A stretch of DNA of 61,596 nt, counting the filler, from Sphacelaria rigidula (taxonomy: Eukaryota), in assembly GCA_964200075.2 (NCBI GenBank). It is 10 parts of 10 records of this genome, joined end to end, with 100 filler letters (N's around TTAATTAATTAA, not from the genome) between each part and the next. Parts side by side here need not be neighbours in the genome. Positions count along the whole stretch, not along the records: positions 37,021 to 43,089 come from CAXNAA020022444.1; positions 43,190 to 49,258 come from CAXNAA020022445.1; positions 49,359 to 55,427 come from CAXNAA020022446.1; 7 more parts are not named here. One strand, given 5' to 3'. Position numbers and translations under genes: made by a program. Shown one piece after another: positions 37,524 through 50,859 of this stretch. How positions within the stretch are numbered: position 1 is the stretch's first letter; the number at the start of each line of letters is the position of its first letter. The notes beneath the pieces were generated by a model. That model made no database searches. It was not told the DNA's origin and saw nothing but the letters and a program-made list of their open reading frames with translations.

Positions 37524-39620
37524 CCCTCGAACGAAAACACATAACGTCCCGTTGACACGGACACAACCGAAGGCTTGATAGACAAGTCAACATATTCAAA
37601 CGTGAGCCTGAGGATCGCAATGCCCTCGCAAACCAAAACACACCTCGTTATTCGTTGCTGCTCAAAGAGCTGAGCATGCTCTGCGTGGCCTCGCTCAAAC
37701 CAGTTCAGCATTCACTGAGAAATGATCATCTGCGTGAGACGCGCGCACAGCACACGCTCACAAACAGTCAGCAACGGCACGTTTTCGGTTGTATTTGACA
37801 CGCACGCGGCCGCCTCTCATCCAATACTGGACGGATTACCGTCCAGCAAAGACTGCCGTGTGTAGACGGTGGAGAGCTAACGCTTGAGCTAATGCGTGTG
37901 TTTGATATACGTCCAGTATGACCATAAAACTCCCCCTATTCCGGGTATATACCCTACAGAACGCAGCAATGAAGATGAAAACGTGTTGACTGAGTTTGTT
38001 CGACGAAAGTTGACGCGGGTGCGGGAGTGCTGATGGTCATGATCCGATCCGCGAGACCAAAATGCTAGGCGTGTACCGGGCGGGGAGAGATGGGTTGATC
38101 CCTCGAGACCACGGACTCTTCCTGAGGAAGGGGAGGGGTTCATTATTATAATCATTATTATTAGTTTTAGTGCTAATATTAGTACTAGTATTTTATTTTT
38201 GTTATCATCATTATTATATCCGTCACATTCAAAGGGCGTGAAAAAGAACATTAAAACTCGGTAGCCGAGCCTCTGCACGCAAGAATCGGACATCTTACAG
38301 GGATCGGACAGGAGATTGCAAGACATCGTCGTATTGTTGGACGAGTCCAGAGGCCCTGTCAAATGCAGGTAAGGAGTCACAGTCCCCCAATTTGAGGAAA
38401 ACTCGGGTCTTTCAAATCCTTGGAACCCACCACAAAACGGGTACAATTCCCGTCGGGTTGGCGTACAGTAGTAGAACATTCAGGTATATAGGTAGGTTGG
38501 GGAGAAATGACGGCAGAACTGAGGTACTTTTCCATTGGCCTGATGGCAGGTATTCCGGGTTTCCGTTTCGAAATAGCGGTGTCAGGGGAAGAACCTGAAG
38601 AACGTTCCGAGAGGGACGATCAAACTCGGGGAAACCAAACCCCATGCAGATCGGTGCCAAGAAGGGTAGCCATGTACTGTAACCAGCCCTGGAGTGAGAC
38701 AAATGCGGCATCAGGTTTTAGCCATTACACCCGCCGTAGGCTGTCATCCATATTGCGGGATACTTATTATGCGTCGGGCAGACGAATCTTGACAGGATGC
38801 AGGTTATCCCTCATGCGACTCGCCGAACACATGACGGCGCTTCGCGCTTGGTGATCGATTGCGAGCGTGGTCCGGCGGAAACGCTTGCGTGCTCCGTCCC
38901 GGCTTTGTAGGGATTCGAGGTCTGCGGTCATATAACTACGGCATGCAAGATCATGAGTACAACCCCCTTCCCCCCTCCTTGATATTATCCTTAACATCAT
39001 GTTTTCCTACGCCTACGTCGCGCCTTCGTTGTCATGCCGACCACAAGAACCATGGCATCAAGCACCAGGTTGTCGTCCCTGCCTCAACACGCCTTCACGA
39101 TATGCGGCAATCGATCGCCCTCCCGCATGCTTCGTGCACCGTTCTCGTGAACTGGATGTTCCCCAACCTCCGCGGCAGCTTCCATTTTCCGTCACGAGAG
39201 GGTCGTCATGCTTCGACGATGATACAGACCATAGATCTGCCCCCCCCCCCTCCCCCCCCACCCCCACCCCCGCCTTCAGTCAGCCCTCCTTGTCACCGGT
39301 GACCATGGCTACACGCACATCACACTCGAGAATGAACATACAACGTCGCCCAGGAGGCCACCCGACCATGACCCACGAGGTAACCACCCCCACAACTCGG
39401 GGTAATAAATGTCAAGGTCCCCGACTGATTTGTTGTCGGGCTCTTTTTCAACCCCTCCCCTTCCTCGAGACGAGTCCATGGTCTCAAGGGGTCAACCCAT
39501 CTCTCCCCCCGGGACACGCCTTGAAATTCGGTACGAATCGCAGATTGGATCATGACTCCCGCACGGCGTCGACCCTTATGATATACACTCCATCTTGTTG
39601 CCGCTCACGTTGTCATTTCT

Positions 39621-39785
39621 CCTGACTGATTGATTGTCGCGCTTTAATTGACCCCCCAGGGGTCCAGCCGTGGTCTAATGATGAACGTACCCAAGAAGAA
39701 CGGAACTGAAAACACGCCTGAGAAGAAGGAACAGAAACAAAAAAACGGGGATCGAACAGAACGATGTAGCGGACTGTGTCATGCC
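39621..39785 (-). mobile_element. 3' end of a non-LTR retroelement with (CAAT)n tail
   Basis: Reverse-complement match to 12690-12861. Confidence 0.7.
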
Positions 39786-42681
39786 GGGAATCGCGGCATC
39801 GCTCTTCTGAGGACAAGAAACCGAGTAGCATGTTCAGTATGTGCCAGCAATCGAGATCCGCATTTCTCAATCTCATTTTTTTCCCTTCTTCTATTGCCCC
39901 ATGATACAGGTACGAACCGTTTCCGTGCTTTCTTACTTGCTATTTGTAGTTTCCGCACGGTGCTTTCGGGTGCGCTCTGCCTCGCTGCCGCTTCAATATC
40001 AGCCCTCGAATCAATGCGTTAATCAGGCGGTCCGGTGTAGGTAGAGACCAAGGCACGGGGTATCCCGCCCTACCACCACCCGGGTAGTCGCAGACTCGGA
40101 TGATGAACCATCCAAGCTTGCGTGCGCGCGTGCGCGCGCGCGCGCGTGTGTGTGTTCCTCGAAGGAAGGAGGAAATCCCACCCAACATTTACCCCGCGAG
40201 CGGGTTCATTCGCCAACTACCCGGATATTTGGCTAGACCACCGTGTGGCGGTCACATGGGGTAGGCACCTCGAGCGCTCGGGAAGCGTTGCTCAAGATGC
40301 AGTGTGGGGGGTTGAACCCACTAAAATTCCTGGTTGCGTCCCCCAGGTGTTTATCCGAAAGTGAGGAAGTATTTCGTTTGTGTGCGAAGCCATACCGAAA
40401 GGTGTAGCGGACATTCTGGTATGGCCCGGCAGGGATATCGAGCCCTGGTCCGAACAATCTGGTATGCTTTGGGAACTAATTTCATTTACAGTACCGTACC
40501 GAGAAAACAGAATACTTCGTTTGCACTTGTTTAACATGGCCCGATTTTTCACCCGGTATGCGCGTACAGAACATCACCTTGGTATTATTTCTCACTGAAC
40601 AAACCTCGTTGCGGTGTCGCCCAGCTCGACTGCATACACGAGTAACCCCACCCACCCGGACTTTGGTGCTCATTTCTCAACTTCGTGGTGACTGGTTGTA
40701 ACGTTGGAGCGACCACCACTTCGAGCCTAGTACCCACGTGTGATTGGGACGTACGTACTTCATAAGAGTCCAATTCGTCAATAATTTTAAAATGAAATCA
40801 CCACACCCTGGACAACAGGTTACACTGTCAATGTGTACTGCGTACAATGTGGAGTATTTGTTTTACAGTATTGATTATTGCAGTGTAGTTAGTGCAATAA
40901 TCAATACTGTATGCAGCATCCTTGTTGACGGTGTGATCTATTTGTCATTGTCCAGGGTATGGTCGAGAAATCACCAAAATTTGGAGCTTTCTGTGCGAAC
41001 TCGTAACCTTGCTCTGTATTCAACGCGTCCAACCCTCAAAAATACAGCCTGCATGTTATCGAAAAGGAAACAGATGGGAAGGGATGGGAAGGAACGGGTG
41101 CATATGCTCTTGTACGACAAAAGAACTCGAGTTTATTTTGTTTTGTTCGTCCCGCGCATGGAGCGATGGAAAGTTCGCAAATATACAGTACAGTACAGTA
41201 CAGTACAATATTGTACGGTAAATGACGACAGCAGGTTGAGATCTGCAAAGATACTGAGTATCTGTTCTTAGACGTTATTTGCACAGAAGTCCAAGAGTAG
41301 TATGGATCATGGCTGGTTCCAATCGTCAAATCTACGATTCCTGAGGCCTGAGGTCTCGAAAGAGACAAACAACGTCGACCGCGGTTCAAAAACGCCTCTG
41401 CACATTTTTTTGCGCTATTTCACGTGCCTGGCTGGGGTGCAACGCCGACCGCAACGCGTAAGGGATTGATCCGTACGGTACGAATAAATGATGCTAAATG
41501 TAAGAACGTGATTCCTCGACAGACACTTGTGTGAATTCTTTTCCCTTCTATGTGGTGGTTCCCGCATCACCCCCCCCCCCCCTCCTTTTATGATTGTCTC
41601 CTTTCGTTCTTCTGACGAGAAGAGGCTTGTAGAAGTATCCGTTTTCGCCGGCTAGCGGTGAGGATGTACACCATTTTTTCACATGTCTTTCAACGTGTGT
41701 TGGGTCCCCAAGCCAACGATCTCCACAGTTGACTTGAAGACTGTCCCGTGAGTCTCTGCACTCTCCTTCGAAGTCATGCACCAGTTGTGTGGTTCCCCAT
41801 CATTTTCACGGCTTTCTTGTCCCGACCTACCTTCAAATCGCTTTTTTGTTGTTGTTGGAGCCGGGGGTCGAACCCAACCCCTCCAGTTTTACGAAGCGCA
41901 CGAGCTACCTCACTGGTGTCGCCAATGTGGAAATGTGATTCCTCCACGAACACTTGTGTGGAATTTTCCCCCTTTTGTGGTGGTTCCCACATAAAAAGTA
42001 AGAATGTTTTCAGACGAATTGATTGTTCTTCGTTCGACCCCTGCACAAGTCACGCGGAAAATGTGTAGAGGTGGTATCTTGAAGAAGCTTGCCTGTGCCG
42101 AGTGCGCCGACACGACGGCGCGAATCATGCTGTTACAGTGCCTCGGGGTGGAAAAATAGTTTATTTGTGTGATTGTGCGAGGGGCACCATATCTGGAAAT
42201 CCATGCACCAATCCCTCTTTCGCAGCACAAACCTCATTCTGGAGTTGGAGGGGGGGGGGAGGGGTACCCAATTTCATAGGGGGGGTACCCTCTTGATCGC
42301 TGGATGATGGCAATAGTAGTTGCTGTACTGCACCGCACGTGTGTGCCGGCCACGTCGGCCTGCGCCGGGTGTACCGAAACGGTAGGTGGTGGGGGTAAGT
42401 CGAACCAAGTAGAGAAGATGTCCACAGAAGCAGGAAGTAGAGATCAAAGGGCTGAGGATACCGGCGCTGCAAATATGCTGCAGATCCCAGGAGTCTTGCA
42501 AGGGGTGAACGTAGCTTAGGCGCGCGCGCTTGGCACCCAGAAGTTTGCATAGACCTGCCCTTGCGGGCATAACTTCGGGAACGGGGACCATTTCCAACAC
42601 AATGTTGAGCAACTCCAACGAATCGGCCCCATATTGATATCACGTTAATTACATTTCATGACTGCCGCTACGTCGATGTTA

Positions 42682-43040
42682 TGTGTGTGTGTTGTCGTCC
42701 CATCTATTCTAGACGCCTGTCTACACCTTTCGGTATATGTGGGCGCACCAGCCGGGGTCACACAGGAGGAAGGTCAAAACAGGGTATTTTTCTGGTTTTG
42801 TTTTGTTTTGGTACTCCAACTTCCTTCTGCGGTGCTTGCCTTTTTTTTTTTCACGAGAGGGCTACAGCAGTCCCTTTCCGTCGTCGACCGTGAAGTAAAA
42901 TTTTGTGTACCCACGACATAGTCACTCTTCACTGTCGGCACGGTGTGAAAAAAAATAATCCAAGAACCCTCTGGGATTTGAACCCACTACTCAACCGTCA
43001 GAAGGTTTCGAGGTTACCAACTGAGCCACCGGGGAGACCG
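42682..43040 (-). mobile_element. SINE family A, full-length copy with intact Pol III boxes
   Basis: On the minus strand: A-box TGGCTCAGTTGG (43028-43017), B-box GGTTCAAATCC (42984-42974), AACC-TTCTGAC-GGTT anticodon-like arm and (CA)n tail. Confidence 0.9.
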
Positions 43041-43556
43041 GCTTCGTTGGATACTCTTTTTCGCAACACCACGTCCATAACATTCCCCTNNNNNNNNNNN
43101 NNNNNNNNNNNNNNNNNNNNNNNNNNNNNNNNNTTAATTAATTAANNNNNNNNNNNNNNNNNNNNNNNNNNNNNNNNNNNNNNNNNNNNTCCGTATCGCC
43201 CCAAAAACACCAACATGAGCACTGCAGTTTGAGCGCGGCCTACGCTTTCCCCCTAACCCTACCGGCGCTAGCACTTTCATGTAGTAGTGAAGAATGGCAC
43301 TCCAGAAAAACTCAGGAAAAGGACAGGTACGAATTCTGAAAAATTCTGACGCTGACTACTATAGATATTATTCTTCCGGCACTCTGTTGGAGAAGATTTG
43401 GCTGAGGAGAGATTGGGCTGCAGCTTAGAGCCAGTTCAGCCCGAAGACAGGAGAAGACCAGCCTGAAGCGCACAGCATTGGGAGAACGCTCCGTGAGCTA
43501 GAGGACGCACAAGTCAGGCAATAGTATCTCCGTGAAGTGTTTGAAGTTTAGACGAC

Positions 43557-46500
43557 ATGGCTCAAGCGGCGGCAGCGCCGCTGGTGTTAGATGAGCCACT
43601 ACAGCCGCAAAAGTATGGTGAAGTATGGACCGAGGAAGTATCACGTTTGTATTTTGCAATATACGTTGAATACATACAGCGGTGGAGTCTTGCGAATTGA
43701 GAAGGGATCATACGGCATGAGAGGGTAAGCATAGGGCAACTTATCCCTACAATAATTCACCGCTGCTTCGAAGACATGTACAAGGACGGTCGGGCTATGA
43801 TCCCCGATGAATTGCTTGATGCTGTGAAGCAGCATGCCGGGTATACTACAACCGGTGGAAAGCATGACGTCACGCGGGCTGCAGAAAACCTGCGTAGGGT
43901 ACTTACAGTGAAGCAAAGCGATGGGAAGTCGGTGAAGGATCGTGTTATGATGGTTAGCTCCGACATGGCACGTTTTTTTGCACAAAATATGATGGTGCAA
44001 GCAATGTACCGTGCGGAGGACAGGACTTGGTTGCCTGGACCGGCCGAGTTGGTTTCCATAGCTTTGGTGGATGGGATTTCGCCCCCGGAATTCAAGGCGT
44101 ATGTTTGAAGTGTACTAACGTGTGTTGACGGCTGGAAAACGAACCCGACGGTGGTGTTCAAAAACATATCTGAGGCGGCAGACCAGTGGAAGTTCATTGA
44201 AGCACATGGCCGGCGCGACTCTGCAACAAGTGCAGGTGGTATGCGCCGCAAACAGCGACAGAAACAGCAGCCGTCTTCGCGAGAGTCGTCCAATCGAGCG
44301 TGTTACAGCTGCGGCGACACCGGACATATGATCAAGGACTGCCCCAAGCCTCACGCTCAAGGCGCTGCACAGGGCAATGCACGAGATTTATCAGGATCTC
44401 GGGGCGGTCGTCACGGTGGATGGGGCCGTGCAAATCAGGGATGCGGCCGTGGCGGCCGCGGTAGCAAGCAATCGGCGGCGGGTGGTGGTTCCTCCGTTCC
44501 TGTTTCTTTCATAACGTCATCAGGTGGTGACTCTGGATCTTATGGTTCGTTCGTAGCGGGGCGGACAGTGTACGTGGGAAATGCAAATACTCCGCTGGGG
44601 AGTGCTGGAGCGAATAGCTCGCAACCCATCGCCCAGGCAGGATCCGTGTCTGGTGCACTTACTACGGCTGCGACGGCTGTAACAACACCGTCCGCATATT
44701 CGGCGACTTGGTCTGGTTGGACCGACCATTCGCAGCTATCGATACCAAGTGCTGAAGGGCAGCCCTGGCGTCAGGTGATCCTTGGGACAAAACAGGGTTC
44801 TTCGGCAGGCGTGGTACCTACCGATTGCAAGGCTAAATGCTTTCGCGCAGATTTAGCCTTGCCTGGTTCCGCAGATTCGTTCATGGCCCGCGTTATTCTG
44901 AATTCTGGGTCCGCGCTCACGTCGATCGGTGTGGGGTTGCTTGAGCAAATTTCTTCGCAGTTTGACGGCGCTCAGCTTCAAATTCCGTTCGAAAACGGAC
45001 CGCAAACGGCGCAGATCGCCACGGGTGCTCCCGTGACGGTTACACACAAAACGGTACCAATGACTGTTAGCGCTCGTACGCCGTGGGGGTCTGTGCAGTA
45101 GCAGCCCATTACTTTCGTTGTCATGCCCGGTAGGGACAACGTGGTTCTATTTGGGATGGTGACAATGAAAGAGCTTGGGATTGATCTTTATCCGCTGGCG
45201 TTGGAGAAATTACGTTCGCGTGCTGTGCCGGTGCAAACCGGCGTGGAAAACCCCATTTACCTTGCTGCAAGGCGTGTGATCGTATCCATACGGTCATTCC
45301 AGAGCGCCAGTGAGGAGGAGGCTCCTGCTGATGGAGCGGTGGAGCGCTTGGTCGATCGGGGGACTGAAAGGTTCATAAAGCCAGGAGGGGAGAGAGGTTT
45401 AAGAAAATGTGCGCTTGAGGATAGTGTACGGCAGGCCGAGCAGAAGGGCCTGAGCGCCGATGGCGCACATTGTCTGCGCGATAATTGTACTCGTCGCGTA
45501 GATATATTTCGTCGTGCGCTGCGCGGTCACCCTCCAGCGCGTGTGGGGCCAATGAAGGAGGCTGTGAAGGCCAAGCCTCGCCGCTGCGATCCGGTGAAGA
45601 CCGTGTGGCTTGCTTCATGCATCGCAGTTTTGGTGGCATCCGGTTTGTTGGCTAGGAATATTCAGGCTGTGTGGGCGAGTCCGGCCAAGTCGGTGCCGAA
45701 AAGGGACGCATTCCGTTTGGTCAGCGACTATCAGGTGGTGAACGCGCGAGTGGAACAGTCTCCGGGGGTGATGCCAAGCCAAGAAGACATGCGGGAGTTG
45801 CTGGGAGCCCAACAACAATATCGGTATGTCAGTGAAAACATGCCTGGAGAGCGCATTTTGGGGGGGCATTTGTTGTCCCGCTTGGTGAAGGTTCCTACCG
45901 TGCCTGTTAGTTCTGTTGCCATGTACAATCAGTGTAATGCTAATGATTCACTGCCCTCGTTAGATGTCATTCGTACCGCGCAGCGCAAAACACGTGCATT
46001 GTGGTCTATTTTGTCGGAACAAAGACGGTCGGTGTCTGAATGGGTTGATGTTTTGCCAGCCGCTCAGTGGGAGTTGAATACTTCTTTTCGTGATCGGTAC
46101 CGTAACACTCCGTATTGTGTGATGTTCGGGCGTGCGTCGCGTACAGCGTTTTTCGCGCTGACTTCGTCCACTGACGGCGAGTGGAACGTCGATTTCATGG
46201 ATGCTGATTCGTTGCGTGGCAAAGTTCGAGTCGTGTTTGACGAGCAAGTGTGGTTTTGTAACGAAGTGCAAGCTGCTGTTGCGGTCTCTCGCGAAACCAA
46301 GCGCAAGCTTGCTCAGGGCCAGGCTGTGTTGCCCAAGTTTGCAGTTGGCGATTTCGTATTGCATGCCCGTGTTCGACGGTAAGGTGTGACGCCAAACTTG
46401 ATGTCCACGTGGACAGGTTCGTGGCGAGTGGTCGGAGCCAATCACGCTCACGTGTATTCGGTGCAGAAAATTGCTTCTGGCGCCGTGCACTCGGCCCGTA

Positions 46501-46800
46501 ACGCTCGTTTACGTTTCTATGCTGACTTGCAGTTGCACATCACTGCGGAACTAAAATATGTATTTCAGCATTCGTATGCTCAAGGTGAATGTCGGATGAA
46601 TGCTTTGGTGCACGTCGCTGAGGATGCCAATGGTGATGTCATTGTTTTGGTCGATTGGAAGGGCTCGGTGCTGAAGAACGTACGCGGGAGTCTCTTCGCA
46701 AGATTCATTCTTCCGCGCCTGATTTGTTTTTGAAGGAACTGCGTGAAATGCGGTTGACTCGGGCGCTGACTAGTAAATTAGCGTCGGAGTATAGTATTTC
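43557..46800 (+). mobile_element. Internally deleted Ty3/Gypsy (chromovirus-like) retrotransposon: gag, protease, RT start, integrase end, chromodomain-like tail
   Basis: Gag knuckle CYSCGDTGHMIKDC; protease ILNSGSALTSI (catalytic Asp replaced by Asn); RT start WASPAKSVPKRDAFRLVSDYQVVN; integrase end WVDVLPAAQWELNTS..TPYCVMFGR; GPY/F-like TWTGSWRVV; chromodomain-like VIVLVDWKG. Confidence 0.9.
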
Positions 46801-46885
46801 TTTGTGATCTGGCGCATGCGATTTCGCCTTGGTTTTTGTTGGTTGTCAAGCTCATTCGTTTGTCTTGAACTCGCTTTCGGGATGC

Positions 46886-47153
46886 TGTAGCCAAATGATA
46901 CCAAGCTGTAGGCTTCAGCATAATCGCGTCCATGATTGGAGCAGTCGCAGGAGACAGGGGATCCTGGATTGATGACCCCCTTATCTGTGTGGCCCCTTGC
47001 TATTTAGCTTTTGATGTGGTCTGTAGAGGATCACTCCATGATAATAGCAAGTGAGAAGAGAGGACTTGTTGAGCACGAGGCCAGTACTGGTGGAGAAGTA
47101 CCTCGTGGATAGTCCAGAGGAGAGCTTGTCCAGATCGTCGGGCGGAGGCTACA
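46886..47153 (+). repeat. Candidate 3' LTR
   Basis: It begins TGTAGCC and ends GGCTACA (7-bp inverted termini, TG...CA) just downstream of the pol end. No matching 5' LTR is in the contig. Confidence 0.5.
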
Positions 47154-48440
47154 GGCGTTTGCAGTCTAAAGTTAAGTAGTCGTTACTGCTGTATTGAGTC
47201 GAGGATGGCCACGCACGACAGTAAAATCATTATGAGTGGCTTTGCTTCATCCAAATAATTGCATGGTGCATACCTGAATACAATTTGGCCTGCTGGTGTC
47301 CTGACTCCTGCATGCAGCTGTTTGTAGCTGTCAAGGCCCAATATCATCGACACTATATTTTTGGATCTCGGTATTTTCGGACTTTTCGGACTCTGCTTTC
47401 AGACTTCTCCGAAAACGAAGCGGCTTGATGTTTTCTCCAAAGCTTCACTTTTGGAGGAATCTAAAAACCTCGGACTGCGACGCAGCACATCGGAGAGCTT
47501 CCCTTTCCGTACGCCGTGGCGCTCGCAAGCATTTGAGGGTCATCAGGTACCGTGCCAGTCGCGCCAAATTCCGAGATGTCGGAGAAAATAGTGTCGATAA
47601 TCATGAGCCTACACAGAAAACTTGCAGCGCCGGATCATTGCAAGCGAGGACAGCCGCCGCGTGGGTAGGCTGTTCACCCTTGCGGGATACACAGTGCGAT
47701 GATACCGCTGGCACTTCTGATACTGCTGCAGCCGGGGGTGTAGTAGTGGCGGGGGCAGCAAGAGCCAGACGACCGCAGTTTACCCTTGCGAGCATCGACG
47801 CGGGCCTGGGCTCTGACGAGCTGTGCGCGGTAGTATTCCTGCCTGGCGCCATTATGTGCTAGCTTTGCCTGCTAGTGGGGACCAGCGTCTCGACCGTCAC
47901 GAACCGTTAGGGCTAAAGCTCACGAGAGGGCGCGGCTGTGGTCGACGTCCGTATGGCATGGCGCCAACTCCTTGTTGAAGCCTTCGGCGTACTTTTCCCC
48001 TCTGGTCTGTGGAGTCCTACGTGTCTACCATTATTCTGATGGTTTCCGACTTTTTCTTCTTTCTTACGGCTTACACTGAAGTTTACGTGACTCCTGGTTC
48101 TTCCTGGCATGTGCCCCGCGCATTGGCTTTTACTTTTCTGTATCAAGCCTGGTTCATGGTTGCAATAGATCAAGGCACGTCTCTCTGTTGCGTCATAGAT
48201 AGGTGCTTTGTTGTCTTTTTCGATGGAAATATCTTTCAGCTATGAGTTGAAAATGTCTTTGGACTCTTTCAGTATGGTCGCCAAGGCTGGTGCTGGTGAC
48301 GGTGAAGCCAAGCGAACGAACATACTGCGCTAGGAGTGTAGACATACCATGGTGTTACAGGTGCCGCTTGCGGGTAAGAAAGTCCTGAACGATCTACTGT
48401 GCTGCACAGTCTAGGGAAGAGTAATCGAGGGAGGCGACGC

Positions 48441-48706
48441 TTATCATTCTTCTTCTTATTATTACTCTTCTTCTTCTTTTTCTTCTTCTTCTTCTTCTTA
48501 CTATTACTATAATTATAACTATTACTATTACTATTACTATGAATATGATGATTATGATGATTATGATGATTATGATGATTATGATGATTATGATGATTAT
48601 GATGATTATGATGATTATGATGGTTATGATGATTATGATTATGATTATTATGATTATGATTATTATGATTATGATTATGATTATGATGATTATGATTATG
48701 ATTATG

Positions 48707-48741
<35 letters not shown>

Positions 48742-48820
48742 GATTATTATTATTATGATTATTATTATTATGATTATGATTATTATGATTATTATGATTA
48801 TTATTATTATTATTATTATG

Positions 48821-48852
<32 letters not shown>

Positions 48853-49056
48853 CATTATTATTATTATTATCATTATTATGATTATGATTATCATTATTAT
48901 TATTATTATTATTATGATTATTATTATTATTATGATTATTATTACTACTATTATTATGATTATTATTATGATTATTATGATTATTATGATTATGATTATT
49001 ATGATTATTACTATTATGATTATTATGATTATTACGATTATTATCAATATTATTAA
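48441..49056 (+). repeat. Compound trinucleotide microsatellite: (CTT)n, (TAT/TAC)n, (GAT/TAT)n
   Basis: About 600 bp of ATT/ATG/CTT triplets, which produce the poly-I and poly-N/H ORFs. Confidence 0.95.
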
Positions 49057-50002
49057 TGACGAAAATGATCCCCCGCTCCAATACTGGAATCAAGTAAGCG
49101 TGTGATCCTTCTCGGAACACTAATTTACATAAAAAACCACGCGGTCAGGAGCAGCCAAAAAGAGACCACACACAGCAGCGAGATCCGAAAACAAATAGAA
49201 CAGAATGGACGCTTCAACAGCGAACCACAAACAGAGAGAGCCGAAATATATGGAACAGNNNNNNNNNNNNNNNNNNNNNNNNNNNNNNNNNNNNNNNNNN
49301 NNTTAATTAATTAANNNNNNNNNNNNNNNNNNNNNNNNNNNNNNNNNNNNNNNNNNNNCACAGGGTCTTACTCACATCGGGATATCCCGTACATCACTCT
49401 TCCACACCGTGTACGATTCACCATGGGTTGCTACTCCACTGATGCTTCCGAGTTGACCTTCGTTTCCGAAAGCTTGGCCAACGATTTCCCCACACTTTGT
49501 CCCAGCTTCTATCCTTCAAGATCTCAAGAAGTCTACGTATCGCTCTGTTCTCCTTCTCGTAGGTCATGTGGTCGGTCATCGGTAAGGTGATTGTATCATG
49601 AGTACAGCGGGTCTCAGCATTTATGCCATGTATTGTCCATCCCTTCCCTTCATTAGGCGCCTTTCGCACCTCATGTCGGAAATTTCTGGAAATGGCTGAC
49701 CAGACTTCCACCGCCCAACGAAAACCGGTAAGGTCTTACGGGTATCTCACCACGAGGCCCCAACCTCCTTGTGAATTTGACATGGAGGGGGTGATGAACC
49801 TACCCTATCCGTACTGCTTATATCTTCTGTATTTTCGATTTGCATGCAAGGTGGTCAATCTTCATGCTGTTGTTTACATGTCTAGATTTTGGATGTATTA
49901 TTGTCTTACGTTTGTTATGGTTTCGGGGGAAGAATCTCGGTAATTTTCCGACTTGATATGGGAACATAGATCTGTTATTTTCCGCGATTCCACGTCCATG
50001 TT

Positions 50003-50645
50003 TGGGCTGTGTTATCATAGGTTAAGAAAAAGGAGGATTGGCTTCTCTATTCCAGTTTATGTCCGGGCTGTGCTATGGTAGGTTAAAGAAAAGGGAGAGT
50101 CAGCTTCTCTATTTCATGTCTATATCGGGGCTGTGTTATGGTAGGATAAAGAAAAAGGAGGGTTAGATTCTTTATTTCATGTCTATGTCCGGGCTATGTT
50201 ATGGTAAGTTAAAGAAAAAGGAGGGCCAGCTTCTCTATTTCATGTTTATGTCCGGGCTGTGTTATGGTAGGTTAAAAAAAGCAGGGTTAGCTTCTCTATT
50301 TCATGTATGTATCCGGGCTGTGTTATGGTAAGTTCAAGAAAAAAGGGGATTAAGTTCTGTATTTCATGCCTATGTCCGGGCTGTGTCATAATAGGTTAAA
50401 ATAAAAGGAGGGTTAGCTTTTCTATTTCATGTCTATGTCTGGGCTGTATTATAGTAGGTTAAATGAAAAGGAGGGTTAGCTGCTGTATTTTATGTCTATG
50501 TCCGGGCTGTGTTATAGTAGGTTGAAGGGTTCGCTTCTGTATTTCATGTCTATGTCCGGGCTGTGTTATGGTAGGTTAAAGAAAAAGGAGGGTTAGCTTC
50601 TGCATTTCATGTCTATGCCCGGGCTGTGGTATGGGAGGTTGAAAA
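50003..50645 (+). repeat. 63-bp tandem minisatellite, about 10 copies
   Basis: The unit gggctgtgttatggtaggttaaagaaaaaggagggttagcttctctatttcatgtctatgtcc starts near 50003, 50065, 50128, 50191, 50254, 50315, 50378, 50441, 50504 (short copy), 50558 and 50621 (partial). Confidence 0.95.
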
Positions 50646-50859
50646 CAAATAACAGGAAGATATGAGAAATGTAGAGAACGAAAAGAAGGAATATACTGGA
50701 AAGGAAGGAAAAACAGAATGGCTAAGGAAAAGGAAGTAGCAAGATGAGGGGAAGATATCATCTTCGGTATATCATGTCTATATCCATTTTGTGTGTTTCT
50801 GGGGGGAAACCAGTGGGTTGTTCATCTTCTTGAAAGTTATGCCCGTGGGTCCGGGGCTT

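Noticed and set aside
42961..43040. Functional tRNA gene
   Set aside because: The acceptor stem is poor and the sequence is continuous with a 350-bp dispersed repeat body, so it is a SINE head.
48269..49120. Poly-Asn/His and poly-Ile ORFs
   Set aside because: These are by-products of a trinucleotide microsatellite.
50003..50645. CRISPR-like array
   Set aside because: The units are contiguous tandem copies without unique spacers, there are no cas genes, and the context is eukaryotic.
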